DNA of 64,000 nucleotides, taken from positions 535 through 64,534 of the forward strand of contig CAZJNU010000007.1 of NCBI GenBank assembly GCA_964547485.1, given 5' to 3'. Source of the DNA: an uncultured Actinomycetes bacterium. GTDB taxonomy: Bacteria > Actinomycetota > Actinomycetes > S36-B12 > UBA10799. Position numbers and translations under genes: made by a program. Of this stretch, positions 17,997 through 28,505 are shown piece by piece; position 1 is the first letter of the stretch, and each line of letters opens with the position of its first letter. The notes below the pieces were generated by a model. That model saw only the letters and a program-made list of their open reading frames with translations. It searched no databases and had not been told where the DNA came from.

Positions 17997-19469
17997 TCAG
18001 CCTTCGCCGGTGAGCTTCTCCCGGAGCGCCTGCAGTGCTTCGTTGGCATCCTCGTCGAGCGCACCGGCAGCCTCCGCCGGGGCAGCGGTGTAGCCGCCAC
18101 CGGTGGCAGCCGCGGTCTCGCCACTGGCAGCCTCGGCATCGGCCTTGCGGGCATCGGCGATCTGGCCCTTGTGGCTCTGCCACTTGGCGTAGGCCTCGTT
18201 GTACTGGCGCTCCCATTCGGTGCGCTGGTCGTCGAAGCCCTCTTTCCATTCGCCGGTCTCGGGGTCAAACCCCTCCGGGCCGATGTAGCCGCCGGCCTCG
18301 TCGTAGGAGACGGGCATGCCGTACAGGTAGGGATCGAACTCGTCGGTGTCATCGCCGACGCCACCCTCGTTGGCCTGCTTCAGGCTCAGCGAAATCCGGC
18401 GGCGTTCCAGGTCGATATCGATGACCTTGACGAAGATGTCGTCGTTGACCTGCACGACCTGTTCCGGGATCTCCACGTGGCGCTCGGCCAGTTCGGAGAT
18501 GTGCACCAGACCCTCGATACCCTCGTCCACTCGGACGAACGCACCGAACGGCACCAGCTTGGTGACCTTGCCGGGCACAACCTGACCGATGCCGTTGGTG
18601 CGGGCGAAGTGCTGCCAGGGATCCTCCTGGGTCGCCTTCAACGACAGCGACACGCGCTCCCGGTCCATATCGACGTCGAGCACCTCGACGGTCACCTTGT
18701 CGCCAACCTCGACGACCTCACCCGGGTGGTCGATGTGCTTCCAGGACAACTCCGAAACGTGCACCAGACCGTCCACACCGCCCAGATCGACGAACGCACC
18801 GAAGTTGACGATGGAGGACACGACGCCCTCTCGGACCTGACCCTTCTGCAACGTGTTGAGGAAGTTGTGACGGGTCTCGGACTGAGTCTGCTCCAACCAG
18901 GCGCGGCGGGACAGCACAACGTTGTTGCGGTTCTTGTCCAGTTCGATGATCTTCGCGTCGAGTTCCTTGCCGACGTAGGGCTGCAGGTCGCGCACGCGAC
19001 GCATCTCCACCAGCGACGCGGGCAGGAAGCCGCGCAGGCCGATATCGACGATCAGACCGCCCTTGACGACCTCGATGACCGTACCGGTCACCATCTCGTC
19101 GGCTTCCTTCTTCGCCTCGATATCGCCCCAGGCGCGCTCGTACTGGGCGCGCTTCTTGCTCAGGATGAGCCGACCGTCCTTGTCCTCCTTCTGGAGGACA
19201 AGGGCCTCGACCAGGTCACCAACCGCAACCACCTGGGTGGGATCGACATCGTGCTTGATCGACAGCTCACGCGAGGGGATGACGCCCTCGGTCTTGTAGC
19301 CGATATCCAGCAGTACCTCATCGCGATCCACCTTGACGATGATCCCGTCGACGATGTCTCCGTCGTTGAAGTACTTGATGGTCGAATCAATGGCTGCCAA
19401 CATGGCGGCTTCGTCGCCGATGTCGTTGATTGCGATAGAAGGAACAGAGGTGGTGAGGTCGGTCGACAT
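17997..19469 (-). CDS. rpsA: 30S ribosomal protein S1
   Basis: 490 aa with repeated S1 domains (GDIVDGIIVKVDRDEVLLDIGYKTEGVIP..., GTVIEVVKGGLIVDIGLRGFLPAS...) and an acidic C-terminal tail. ATG at 19469. Confidence 0.97.
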   Translation of the reverse strand: MSTDLTTSVPSIAINDIGDEAAMLAAIDSTIKYFNDGDIVDGIIVKVDRDEVLLDIGYKTEGVIPSRELSIKHDVDPTQVVAVGDLVEALVLQKEDKDGRLILSKKRAQYERAWGDIEAKKEADEMVTGTVIEVVKGGLIVDIGLRGFLPASLVEMRRVRDLQPYVGKELDAKIIELDKNRNNVVLSRRAWLEQTQSETRHNFLNTLQKGQVREGVVSSIVNFGAFVDLGGVDGLVHVSELSWKHIDHPGEVVEVGDKVTVEVLDVDMDRERVSLSLKATQEDPWQHFARTNGIGQVVPGKVTKLVPFGAFVRVDEGIEGLVHISELAERHVEIPEQVVQVNDDIFVKVIDIDLERRRISLSLKQANEGGVGDDTDEFDPYLYGMPVSYDEAGGYIGPEGFDPETGEWKEGFDDQRTEWERQYNEAYAKWQSHKGQIADARKADAEAASGETAAATGGGYTAAPAEAAGALDEDANEALQALREKLTGEG

Positions 19470-19586
19470 GTAGAGGTTGACTCCGGACGGCGGCTAGTGA
19501 GCGGTCGCGTGCGGCGGACTGGGCTTCACAGCGAAGACCCGGCACGGCCCCACCCATATGGAGGCGACCGACACACGCGGAGTAAA

Positions 19587-19630
19587 GCATAGCGGGGGCG
19601 GACCGATTATCGGTCGCGCCCCCGCTATGC
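19587..19630 (-). terminator. long GC-rich hairpin, likely intrinsic terminator of the DUF3068 gene
   Basis: gcatagcgggggcggaccgat / atcggtcgcgcccccgctatgc forms a ~20-bp stem with one bulge. On the minus strand it is followed by TTTAC. It lies 18 nt after the stop at 19648 and upstream of rpsA. Confidence 0.5.
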
Positions 19631-19647
19631 GGTTGCCGTGCTGATCC

Positions 19648-20853
19648 TCAGGCTGAGCCCGAGTCACCGCCCGTCGCCGGCGGCTTGAACTTGTCGGTGG
19701 CATCCGACGCCGCAGGCTTGCCCGCATCGCTCGCCGGCTTCGGTGCATCCGTCGCCGGCTTCGGTGCCGCCGGCTTCGGTGCCGCCGGGGTGGGAGTCGC
19801 AGGCTTGACCGCTGTGGCGGTGGCCGCACCGCCCGCTGCTGCCGCGGCCGGGGCCGCCGCTACCGGCGTCCCGCCGGACCCTGCTGCGCCGGCGGCCGCC
19901 TTCGGCCGCCGCACCATCAGGAAGCCGACGATGATCAGGATGATGCCGAGGATCGCCGAGACCAGCGGCACCGTGCCCTTGATCAGGGTGAGCATGTCAG
20001 CTGTCTCGAACGCCTTGTCAACCGAAGCCTTGGTGCTGTCGCCCTTCACGTCCGCATCGAACACCGTCGCGATGTCCTTGTCACTGCCCTTGACCCGCAG
20101 GGTGGCGGTGGAATGGCTGCCACCGCCCTGCAGTTCACCGGTGGCCGGAACTGCCAGCAGGATGTTGTCGTAGGCCTGGTACTGGTACAGGTCGATGTCA
20201 CCGGCGCCCGGCTGCCCGAGGGTCTTGGCCGGCAGCGAGATGAACGGCTTGTCGCCGGCGACCTGGGTCGGCGGCACCTTCGCCTGGAACTTGTAGACAG
20301 TGTGGCCGAAGAGCTGCTCCTCGCCCACGAACTCGTAGGGGATCGTGGTGCCGAGGGTGTCATCCCAGACGTTCTGGGTGGTCTTCTGGACGTTGAACGG
20401 GAACTTCAGCGGCATCGTGCCGGTGAAGTTGACCGTCTGGTCGGCAACGTTGGCGCCGCAGCAGTTGACCAGTTGACTGTTCACCCGGTTGAAGGCGTAC
20501 CGGGAGGTGGAGGCGGTCAGCAGCGTCTGCGCCCCGCCAGCCTCGTTGATCCGGCTGAAGGTGTCGTAGATGGCGACGTTGTCCTTCTTGGCCTGCTCCT
20601 GCTCGGAGGCCTGAACATCGCCACGGGTGTACCGGGTGGATTTCACCGGGATGTTCGTGTCATAGATGTTCGGGAAGTCTGCGATCTTGGCCGGGTTCAG
20701 CTTCTTGACCATGACTCCAGTGCCGGTTGTGACGCTGTCGACGTCCAACGGCGCGACGGCCAGTTTCGGTGCGACATAGAACATCAACATGGGCGCCAGG
20801 ACGAGCAGGAATACACCCAGTCCCAGAATGATTGACCCGAACACGCGCTTCAT
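19648..20853 (-). CDS. DUF3068-family membrane protein (Rv0227c-like) with Ala/Pro/Lys-rich C-terminal tail
   Basis: The internal ATG at 20853 is preceded by GGAGGAAG. It gives MKRVFGSIILGLGVFLLVLAPMLMFYVAPKLAVAPLDVD, a typical DUF3068 N-terminus. A second TM lies near the C-terminus, followed by a low-complexity tail (PAAPKPAAPKPATDAPKPASDAGKPA). The 51-codon upstream extension in the track is rejected. Confidence 0.7.
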   Translation of the reverse strand: MKRVFGSIILGLGVFLLVLAPMLMFYVAPKLAVAPLDVDSVTTGTGVMVKKLNPAKIADFPNIYDTNIPVKSTRYTRGDVQASEQEQAKKDNVAIYDTFSRINEAGGAQTLLTASTSRYAFNRVNSQLVNCCGANVADQTVNFTGTMPLKFPFNVQKTTQNVWDDTLGTTIPYEFVGEEQLFGHTVYKFQAKVPPTQVAGDKPFISLPAKTLGQPGAGDIDLYQYQAYDNILLAVPATGELQGGGSHSTATLRVKGSDKDIATVFDADVKGDSTKASVDKAFETADMLTLIKGTVPLVSAILGIILIIVGFLMVRRPKAAAGAAGSGGTPVAAAPAAAAAGGAATATAVKPATPTPAAPKPAAPKPATDAPKPASDAGKPAASDATDKFKPPATGGDSGSA

Positions 20854-21029
20854 GACTTCCTCCAAGTAAAGGAACGGCAACGTTCGGAAGGTACTGCATT
20901 TCGGGCCATGATGGCTGATCATCGCCATATTCGGCACCGTGTTCTGACTTGCCCGGACCAGGGGCACGCCGCAGGAGCCGCAGTTGGCCCTATCGTTGGG
21001 TCCCAATCGAAGCGATGCAGGAGGTGGCG

Positions 21030-22280
21030 GTGTCCGGGATTCTCGGCGGCGTGATGACCGAACCCGCGGGGGTACCGGCCCACAGCAGGTTCCCGTGCCT
21101 GGACGGCTACCGCGCGATCGCCTCCCTGATGGTGGTCTGCACGCACATCGCCTTCCACACCGCCCTGGTCGTCCGAGGCGCCCCTGGAGCCGTGTTCAGC
21201 AGGTTCGACTTCGGGGTCACCCTCTTCTTTTGTATCAGTGGATTCCTGCTCTACCGCCCCTGGGCCCGCAGCGCCATCCGCGGGTCTGCCCGGCCGCGGG
21301 TCAAGCCGTATTTCATCAGGCGTTTCGCCCGCATCCTGCCCGCCTACCTAGTGGTGGTGGTGGCCGTAATCCTGATCGTCCCGGGTATCTGGGAGGCGTC
21401 CCAGGCTGTCGGGGCGGCGAAGGTCTGGATCAGCCATCTGACCCTGACGCAGGTGTACGTTCCGGGGGCCCAGATCCGCGGGCTGACGCAGATGTGGTCA
21501 CTGGCCACCGAGATCTCGTTCTATCTAGCACTTCCTGTCATCGGTTGGATCGCCAGTCGGCGCAAATCCCGCACCGGCGCGGCGTCGGTGCAGTGGCAAT
21601 TCCGGCTGCTGCTGGTGTTGTTTGCGATCGGTCTGGCCGCCACCCTGCTCCGCGCGATCCTCGGCTTGGCGGCGCCGCAGTTCTCCGGCTTCTGGCTGCC
21701 CGCCTTCTTGGACTGGTTCAGCGTCGGCATGCTATTCGCCCTGCTGCATGAGGCACGCGCCGCCGGCGTCCCGCTGAAGCTAGGTTCCTGGGTCAACCGG
21801 CTGGCCGCAGATCCGATGATCCCGGTCGGGCTCGGAGTGGCTGTGCTGATAATTGCGATGACCCCGCTGGCCGGCCCGTACACGTTGGCACCGGCGACGC
21901 CGTTCTCGGTGGGCGTCCGGCACTACCTCTATCTAGCGGCGGGCGCGCTACTCATCATCCCCGCGATCGCTGGCGATCAACGGCAGGGTCGGTGGCGTGA
22001 GTTTCTGCAGACACCGCTGATGGTGTTCCTCGGAGAGATCTCCTACGGCATCTTCCTCTGGCACCTGTTCGTGCTGGAACTTGTCTACTGGGGTCTTGGC
22101 CTGGAGATCTTCAGCGGACCGCCACTGATCCTGTTCCCGGCCGTTCTACTGGGAAGTATCGTGATGGGCTGGCTCAGCTGGGTGGTGGTGGAGCGGCCTT
22201 CGATCGCCTGGTCGCATCGAAGGACGGCACGATCCAAGCGGCCAGCGCAGCCACCACAGCCAGCGACTGCACCCAACTGA
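21030..22280 (+). CDS. membrane O-acyltransferase, acyltransferase_3 family (Rv0228-like)
   Basis: RFPCLDGYRAIASLMVVCTHIAFHT is the family N-terminal motif, and the protein has ~10 TM helices. The start is uncertain: GTG at 21030 has AGGAGG 5 nt upstream, and ATG starts at 21015 and 21054 are alternatives. The track starts at TTG 20949. Confidence 0.8.
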   Translation: MSGILGGVMTEPAGVPAHSRFPCLDGYRAIASLMVVCTHIAFHTALVVRGAPGAVFSRFDFGVTLFFCISGFLLYRPWARSAIRGSARPRVKPYFIRRFARILPAYLVVVVAVILIVPGIWEASQAVGAAKVWISHLTLTQVYVPGAQIRGLTQMWSLATEISFYLALPVIGWIASRRKSRTGAASVQWQFRLLLVLFAIGLAATLLRAILGLAAPQFSGFWLPAFLDWFSVGMLFALLHEARAAGVPLKLGSWVNRLAADPMIPVGLGVAVLIIAMTPLAGPYTLAPATPFSVGVRHYLYLAAGALLIIPAIAGDQRQGRWREFLQTPLMVFLGEISYGIFLWHLFVLELVYWGLGLEIFSGPPLILFPAVLLGSIVMGWLSWVVVERPSIAWSHRRTARSKRPAQPPQPATAPN

Positions 22281-25200
22281 CCCAACTCGGTTGACTCAGG
22301 CTGCCCGGCCAGGGGAAGGCCAACTGCAGAGCGGTCGCGAGCAGCACCGTCACGCCCGCCACCAGCCAGGCAAACTGCTGCAGCCGGGTGCGCAGCAGCA
22401 CCGCAGCGACAACCCCGGCCAGAGCCAGACCGGCGATCCCAGTGGTCGCCGCCACGCACAACACCGCGACGCCCGTCAGCAGCCACCGACCCCGCCTATG
22501 ACTCCGCTGGGCTGGCGGAAGGGCGTTCGGTCGAGCCCGCAGCAGCGCCAGCCCCACCAGCAGCAGTGCCGCCAACAGCCCGAGTGCCAGCCCCCACCGG
22601 TAGCCCGCGTCCGGCGCGAAGGTCAGCTGCACCGCACCCGCGGTACCGGCAGGCACAACCCACGCCTGCCGCCAGCCATCCACCCGGACTGGCTCCAGCT
22701 CCCGACCGTCGACGGTGGCAACCCAACCGGCGTTGTAGTTCTCCGCCAATTCCAGCGTTCGGGTGGTCGGGGACGCGGCCACGTCGACCGTGCGGTTCGC
22801 TGGCTGCCACTCGGTCACTGTCGGCGCGGTCGTTTCCGCGACGCCCGGCCCGGGCCCTGTCGTGGGCAACAGGGACAGTGTGTCGGCAGCGAATTCGGCT
22901 GTGGACTTCAGCTGGATCCGGTGTCGACCGGCGGGAATCGTGACGGTATCCCCGTCGCAGGGGGTGAGCGTGACCGGCTGGCCGGCCAGCACTCGGCCGA
23001 CGACACCGCTGGCACCGGTGTCCTTGCGAATCTTGCCATCGATAAGCAGCGACGGTCCGAATCCGCATTCGACCGTGAAAGTGGCCGCGGCCGGAAGTGA
23101 CGCAACGACGCCCGGCGCACCCAAGATTTTCAGTTCGGAGATGCCCACCGGCAGCACCCGGTGGTCCACCGATCCGGTGGTGGCCTCGGTCTTGGGGTAG
23201 CGACTGTCGAAGGTGATCCGAAGTTTCGAGGTCGTCACCGGCTCGAACCGGAAGACACCCTGCTCATCGGTGTAACCGGACATCCTGCGTCCACCCGCGT
23301 CGACGGTCAGCCCAAGCGGGTTGGAGGCGTTCAGGTCGATCCGATTGTCGATCTTCAACCCCGAGATAGTGGCGGGCCGGCGTAGCGCTACCTCCAGCGT
23401 GGGAGCCTTGTCCAACGGGTTCGCGATCCAGGCAGTCGCCCCGGAACCATCCATCGCCGTCGCCGCGCGTGCACCCGGATCACCGACCAGAGTGGACGAC
23501 GCCGTCACCTTCGCCGGTGCATTGGCCACCGTTAACAGCCGGTCGACGGCTCCGGTATCGCGAGCCAGGGCCGTGGCCCGCACCCGAAACGTGGTCGCAG
23601 CCGTCAGATTGATGGTGCGATCGATCCCGGTGAGTTCCTCGCCTGGTCGACCGAGATCGGCGCTGCAACTGATGCGTTCACCGTTCATGACGCAGCCGCC
23701 TCGACCGCCGGGTGTTGCCTGGAACAGCCAACCGTCGACGTCGTCTTCCCCACCAATCGGCCCGACGGAACGGGCCACCGGGCCATCCGGCAATGTCAAT
23801 TCGGCAATTCCGAAGCCGGTGTCATTGCGCCCCGACTCCGCCGCACGCATTGTCAGCCGGAGCGTGGTCGTCGGTCCCGACGGCACCGCCAAGTCCACTG
23901 GGTCGTCTGTCGCGGCGAAATCGGTGCGGACCGTACCGGCGTCAGTGGTGACGTCGATCGCGGTGGGCCGGGCGGCACCCGGCGACCCGGCAGTGAGCAC
24001 GGCGGGTAGTTCGGTCCCGAGGTCGACCGACTTTCCGAGGTCCAGTTGCCACCACTGCCCCACCCCAGCCGCGTAGTCCCCGGTGAGCCAGCGCGTCTGG
24101 CCGTCGCCGTCAACTGCTGCCCAGGGTTGGTTGGCAGCCGAGCGGTTGCGGGCGGCGTTCGCCTGACTACCGCTGGAGGATGCCGACAGTTCCACCCCCG
24201 GGCCGTATTCAGCCACCGTGTTGCCGGCGTATGGGGTGGATAGGTAGTCATGCACTGGCCGGTCCATCGAGTAGTCGTCGCCGGCGGTCAGGGTGTTGGA
24301 CAGGTTGTTGCGGACCGCGCCGAAGTTGACCTCCTGTCGGCGGAGGCTATCCGTGCCGAGGACCGTCCCGGCAGGCAGTGCCGCAACACCTGGATCGCCG
24401 TCCACCACGACGGTGCCCAACGCCTGTCCCGCCGCGGCCGCAGTCAACACCGCTTCCGCGCCGCCGGCGATGATCGTCGGCCTGCTCGCGTCTCGAAGCG
24501 TCACCCGTGGCGAAATCCCACCTTGCTCGGCGGCACCGCCCTGCCCGGTCCGATCAACCTGCCCGGCGGGTGGAACAACCTCGAACACCTCGACCGCCGG
24601 GTAGGTGCCGTCGAGGCCCTCGTCGGCAATCAGAGTCGGCGAAACAAACGAGTTGAGCACCGGTCCGAAGTACGCGGTTCGCAGCAGGCCCGGGGAGTTC
24701 GCGATGGTCGAGTGGATGACTGACCGATAGGGGGACTTCGCCGCGTATCGGTCGAGATCATTGCGGACCACGACCTGCGTGAAACCTGACCGCCAGAGCA
24801 GTTCCGACAACCCCGCCGAGCCACGACCCGACTCGAGCTGAGCCTTGATCGAGTCGAGCACCCTGATATTGCCGGCGCTGCTCAGCGGCACGCTGTCGCG
24901 GACCGCCCACGGCACTGAACCGAAAGCCTGGAATGGCTCGTCGTTGGTCCGCCCCCACTGAAAGACTCCGAACGATGCCTCAGGTACCACCAGTGCCCGC
25001 CCCGGCGGCTGGTCGACAAGATAGTCAGCGGCTTCCCGCCAGTACTGGGGCACATCAATGTAGGACCGCCCGCGAGTTCCCAGGCCCTGCACGAGCGGCA
25101 GCGCAGAGGCCGCAATCACAGCCACCACAACGGCCACGAGCACGGTCCGCACCGGGACGCCACGCAGTCGTCGCTGACCCAGCCAGGAGAACGCCGCAGC

Positions 25201-26394
25201 GAGGGCCGCCATCAACCCGAGTGTCAGCGGCAGCCGCAGCACCGCATCGAATTTGTGGACGTTGCGCAGCGGTGCAAGCACGCCGTCCAACAGGCTCCGA
25301 ATTTCTTCGCTGCCGATCCCGGCGGGGATACCGACATGCCCGAGTGAGACCAGACCGAACCCGATGATCGCCGCACCCACCAGGAACGACCGCTGGGGCA
25401 GCCCCCGGATAGCCAACCCCGCCGCGCCGACTGCCGCCACCAATCCGGTCGCCAAAACCCCCCACCAGGAGGTGACCAACTCCCAGCCGGCAGGCAGCAA
25501 CGGACCGGTGTTGTCGACCAGGTAGGGCAGCCAGGCGTCCGCCCCGCGCATGACGTTGATACCGGAGGTCACCGAGGTGGTGACATTGGCCGACTCGATC
25601 CAGTCCAGGAACGGCGGTGAGTACTGTCCGAGGAGCAGCAGCGGCAGTAGCCACCACAGCGACGCCAACCCAATGCTCACCACCCACCACCCGCTGAGCG
25701 ACCAGAGCCGACGGCTCCGCTGCCGAGTCAGCAGCCACCACACCCCCAGCGGCAGCACGGCCATGGTGGCCACCGCGTTGACCCCGCCGATACATAGAAA
25801 CGCCACTCCGCTCAGCGCCGCCCACTTTCGGGGGCTGCCACCGAGGCTGCCTTTGACGAGCGGAATCAACACCCAGGGTGCCAGCGCCAACGGCCACGAT
25901 TCGATCGAGACCGCGCCCATGGTCGACACCACCCGCGGAGCCAATGCGAACGCCAGCGCCCCCACCACCCGGGTTCCCCGGGTGCCGATACCAAGCAGCG
26001 ACGCCAGTTTCACCATCCCCAGGAAAGCGACACACAGCAACAACGCCCACCAGAGCCGCTGCACCACCCAGGTCGGCAGGCCGATCGTCTGGCCGAGCCA
26101 GTAGAACGGCCCCATCGGCCAGAGGTAGCCGTATCCCTGATTCTGCAGCTGCCCCGAGAAACCCAGCGCGTCCCACAGGTGCAGCGCCCGCGACATCAAC
26201 CCGCCCGGGTTGATGTTCAGGTCAAGTTTGGTATCCGCCGCGATTCGACCTGGATCCTGAATGAATGCGAGCGCTGTCAGTCCTGCGCACACCAACACCA
26301 GCCGACCCCGCCACATCGGCACGATCGGCGCCGGCAGTTGCTGCTCCGGGTCCGGCGCCCCGACGGCGACAGACTCGCCTACCGTCGCGGTCAT
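22174..26394 (-). CDS. AftD-like alpha-(1->3)-arabinofuranosyltransferase family protein (DUF3367, GT-C)
   Basis: 1406 aa. The N-terminal signature is AADTKLDLNINPGGLMSRALHLWD...GQLQNQGYGYLWPMGPF. A multi-TM core is followed by a ~800-aa external region with discoidin-like segments and a C-terminal TM bundle. Size and layout match mycobacterial AftD (Rv0236c). Confidence 0.8.
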   Translation of the reverse strand: MTATVGESVAVGAPDPEQQLPAPIVPMWRGRLVLVCAGLTALAFIQDPGRIAADTKLDLNINPGGLMSRALHLWDALGFSGQLQNQGYGYLWPMGPFYWLGQTIGLPTWVVQRLWWALLLCVAFLGMVKLASLLGIGTRGTRVVGALAFALAPRVVSTMGAVSIESWPLALAPWVLIPLVKGSLGGSPRKWAALSGVAFLCIGGVNAVATMAVLPLGVWWLLTRQRSRRLWSLSGWWVVSIGLASLWWLLPLLLLGQYSPPFLDWIESANVTTSVTSGINVMRGADAWLPYLVDNTGPLLPAGWELVTSWWGVLATGLVAAVGAAGLAIRGLPQRSFLVGAAIIGFGLVSLGHVGIPAGIGSEEIRSLLDGVLAPLRNVHKFDAVLRLPLTLGLMAALAAAFSWLGQRRLRGVPVRTVLVAVVVAVIAASALPLVQGLGTRGRSYIDVPQYWREAADYLVDQPPGRALVVPEASFGVFQWGRTNDEPFQAFGSVPWAVRDSVPLSSAGNIRVLDSIKAQLESGRGSAGLSELLWRSGFTQVVVRNDLDRYAAKSPYRSVIHSTIANSPGLLRTAYFGPVLNSFVSPTLIADEGLDGTYPAVEVFEVVPPAGQVDRTGQGGAAEQGGISPRVTLRDASRPTIIAGGAEAVLTAAAAGQALGTVVVDGDPGVAALPAGTVLGTDSLRRQEVNFGAVRNNLSNTLTAGDDYSMDRPVHDYLSTPYAGNTVAEYGPGVELSASSSGSQANAARNRSAANQPWAAVDGDGQTRWLTGDYAAGVGQWWQLDLGKSVDLGTELPAVLTAGSPGAARPTAIDVTTDAGTVRTDFAATDDPVDLAVPSGPTTTLRLTMRAAESGRNDTGFGIAELTLPDGPVARSVGPIGGEDDVDGWLFQATPGGRGGCVMNGERISCSADLGRPGEELTGIDRTINLTAATTFRVRATALARDTGAVDRLLTVANAPAKVTASSTLVGDPGARAATAMDGSGATAWIANPLDKAPTLEVALRRPATISGLKIDNRIDLNASNPLGLTVDAGGRRMSGYTDEQGVFRFEPVTTSKLRITFDSRYPKTEATTGSVDHRVLPVGISELKILGAPGVVASLPAAATFTVECGFGPSLLIDGKIRKDTGASGVVGRVLAGQPVTLTPCDGDTVTIPAGRHRIQLKSTAEFAADTLSLLPTTGPGPGVAETTAPTVTEWQPANRTVDVAASPTTRTLELAENYNAGWVATVDGRELEPVRVDGWRQAWVVPAGTAGAVQLTFAPDAGYRWGLALGLLAALLLVGLALLRARPNALPPAQRSHRRGRWLLTGVAVLCVAATTGIAGLALAGVVAAVLLRTRLQQFAWLVAGVTVLLATALQLAFPWPGSLSQPSWVSWVQSLAVVAALAAWIVPSFDATRRSKAAPPPPS

Positions 26395-27167
26395 CCATCA
26401 TCCTTCCGCAGCACCAGCACCAGATTCCACATCGCCAGTTCCCGCAGTCCCGGCACTCGCGCGATACCGAAGGCCCAGCCGGGCAGGTACCGCGGGAAGG
26501 CAGTGATCAACTGCGCACCACAGGCATTCCGGGCCCAGCGGAGCCCGGCGCCAGCAGTGATGGGGAACAGACTTTCTCCGTAGACGTTCTTTGGTGCGTG
26601 CCCGTTCCGCTGCCTGTAGCGGTCCGCCGCCAGTCGACCGCCGAGGTAGTGCCAAGGGGCGGTCTCGTGACCGCCCCACGGCCCGTACCAGAGCGTGTAG
26701 GAGATGAAGACCAGTCCGCCGGGCCTGGTCACTCGCACCATCTCATCCGACATCCGCCACGGCCGGTCGACGTGCTCCAACACATTGCTCGAATAGCAGA
26801 TGTCCACCGCGCCGGTGCCGTACGGGAGGTCCATCCCGCTACCCATCACTGTGCCCGGATAGGGAGTCCGCCCGTGTAACCGCAATTCGCCGGCGTCAGC
26901 ATCCAACGGTCGATAGGTAGCACCCACGCGGGTGAACTCGTCCGCAAAGTACCCGGGACCGCCGCCGACATCCAGCACCGTCGCGCCGGCCACCTCGCAG
27001 AAATGGGCGACCTGGGCGACCGAGTCCCGCGCCAGCGTGGAGTAGAACCTGTCGGGGTCGGTCTGCTCGACCCGAAAGGCCTCGAACAGTCGCCGGGCCC
27101 TGCCGAAGGTGGCATCCGCTCGCAGACCCGCCAGGCCACTATCCATCTCCGCCTGGACTCCTCTCAC
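26391..27167 (-). CDS. class I SAM-dependent methyltransferase (Rv0224c-like)
   Basis: 258 aa with motif I VLDVGGGPGYFADEF, then CYSSNVLEHV and RPGGLVFISY. Its stop forms an ATGA overlap with the AftD-like start. Alternative ATG at 27146. Confidence 0.8.
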   Translation of the reverse strand: MRGVQAEMDSGLAGLRADATFGRARRLFEAFRVEQTDPDRFYSTLARDSVAQVAHFCEVAGATVLDVGGGPGYFADEFTRVGATYRPLDADAGELRLHGRTPYPGTVMGSGMDLPYGTGAVDICYSSNVLEHVDRPWRMSDEMVRVTRPGGLVFISYTLWYGPWGGHETAPWHYLGGRLAADRYRQRNGHAPKNVYGESLFPITAGAGLRWARNACGAQLITAFPRYLPGWAFGIARVPGLRELAMWNLVLVLRKDDG

Positions 27168-27288
27168 TGAAGCTCCCCCTGCGCCGGGTGTGACGGCAGC
27201 CGGACCGACGTCGTCGAGACGGACGAATCTCCGCCCGCTTCAGGTTAGTCTGGACCACCCCGGAAATTCGGCGTTGGGAAGGATCACG

Positions 27289-28455
27289 GTGCGCATCCTC
27301 TTTCTGACGTGGCGTGATACCCGCAACCCCGAGGGTGGCGGCTCTGAGGTCTATGTCGAGAACGTCGCATCGGCGCTCGCCGCGGCGGGCCACGAAGTCA
27401 CCATCTTCTGCGCCAGCTACCCCGATGCCGCCCCGCTGGAAATCATCGACGGCGTTCGCTTCGTCCGCCGGGGGACCAAACTCGGCGTCCATCTGGAGGC
27501 GGTGCGCTATCTGCGGTCACCCACCTTCGGCACTCCGGACGTCATCGTCGATGTCCAGAACGGGATTCCGTTCTTCGCCCGCCCGGTACGCCGGGACATT
27601 CCCACTGTGGTGCTGGTACACCACGTCCACCGGGAACAGTGGCCGGTTGTCTACGGACCGCTACGATCCCGGATCGGATGGGCACTGGAATCGCGGGTCA
27701 GCCCCCGGCTCTATCGGGAATGCCTCTACGTTGCCGTGAGTCGCCGAACCAAGGCGGAGCTGGAGGGCATCGGCGTCGCGGCCGACCGCGTTGAGGTCAT
27801 CTACAACGGAACCTCACCCGCCCCGGAAGTTGAGGATACGAAAGCAGAGCAGCCTACAGTGCTGGTGCTCGGCCGACTCGTCCCACACAAGCAAGTGGAA
27901 CATGTGCTCCGTGCGGCGCGGCACTTACGAGTACGCATACCGGACCTGCGGATTCGGATCATCGGTGACGGCTGGTGGTCGCAGAGCCTGCGGCAGGCCG
28001 CCGAGGATCTGGGCGTGGCGGACAGTGTGGAGTTCCTGGGATTCGTCGACGAACGCACCAAACATCAGGAGCTGGCCAAGTCCTGGGTGCTGGCGTTACC
28101 CAGCCTTAAGGAGGGGTGGGGGATCGTCGTGATGGAGGCCGCTCAACAGGGCGTGCCGACTATTGCCTACCGCGATGCGGGCGGAGTCACCGAATCCATC
28201 GTTGACACCGAAACAGGTTTGCTCGCCCGCGATGAAACCGAGTTCAGTACCCATTTGGAGGCACTGCTCGCCGACGAGACGTTACGCAAGCAGATGGGCG
28301 AAGGCGCCCGCGAACATGCCACCCGATACACCTGGCAAGAGACCTCGGCGGCATTCGCAGACACGCTCGCCCGAGCGGCCAACCGCGGCCGGCTGTCCGT
28401 GTCGCCGGTGCAACCGGTGCACCTCGGCCACCAACTGGAACGGGAACTTCACTAG
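27289..28455 (+). CDS. GT4 glycosyltransferase (Rv0225-like)
   Basis: GTG at 27289 is preceded by GGGAAGGA and gives VRILFLTWRDTRNPEGGGSEVYV. The C-terminal GT-B motif is PSLKEGWGIVVMEAAQQGVPTIA (E-x7-E region). The track extension to 27109 would overlap the divergent gene and is rejected. Confidence 0.85.
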   Translation: MRILFLTWRDTRNPEGGGSEVYVENVASALAAAGHEVTIFCASYPDAAPLEIIDGVRFVRRGTKLGVHLEAVRYLRSPTFGTPDVIVDVQNGIPFFARPVRRDIPTVVLVHHVHREQWPVVYGPLRSRIGWALESRVSPRLYRECLYVAVSRRTKAELEGIGVAADRVEVIYNGTSPAPEVEDTKAEQPTVLVLGRLVPHKQVEHVLRAARHLRVRIPDLRIRIIGDGWWSQSLRQAAEDLGVADSVEFLGFVDERTKHQELAKSWVLALPSLKEGWGIVVMEAAQQGVPTIAYRDAGGVTESIVDTETGLLARDETEFSTHLEALLADETLRKQMGEGAREHATRYTWQETSAAFADTLARAANRGRLSVSPVQPVHLGHQLERELH

Positions 28456-28505
28456 CGGCGCGGCGCTCGACAGCATCCGGCGGGGTCGGCCAGGCAACAC
28501 GAAAA

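Noticed and set aside
17880-19592. 570-aa plus-strand ORF antisense to rpsA
   Set aside because: rpsA on the minus strand is unambiguous. The antisense frame is a repetitive Leu/Val/Asp/Gly mirror of the S1 repeats.
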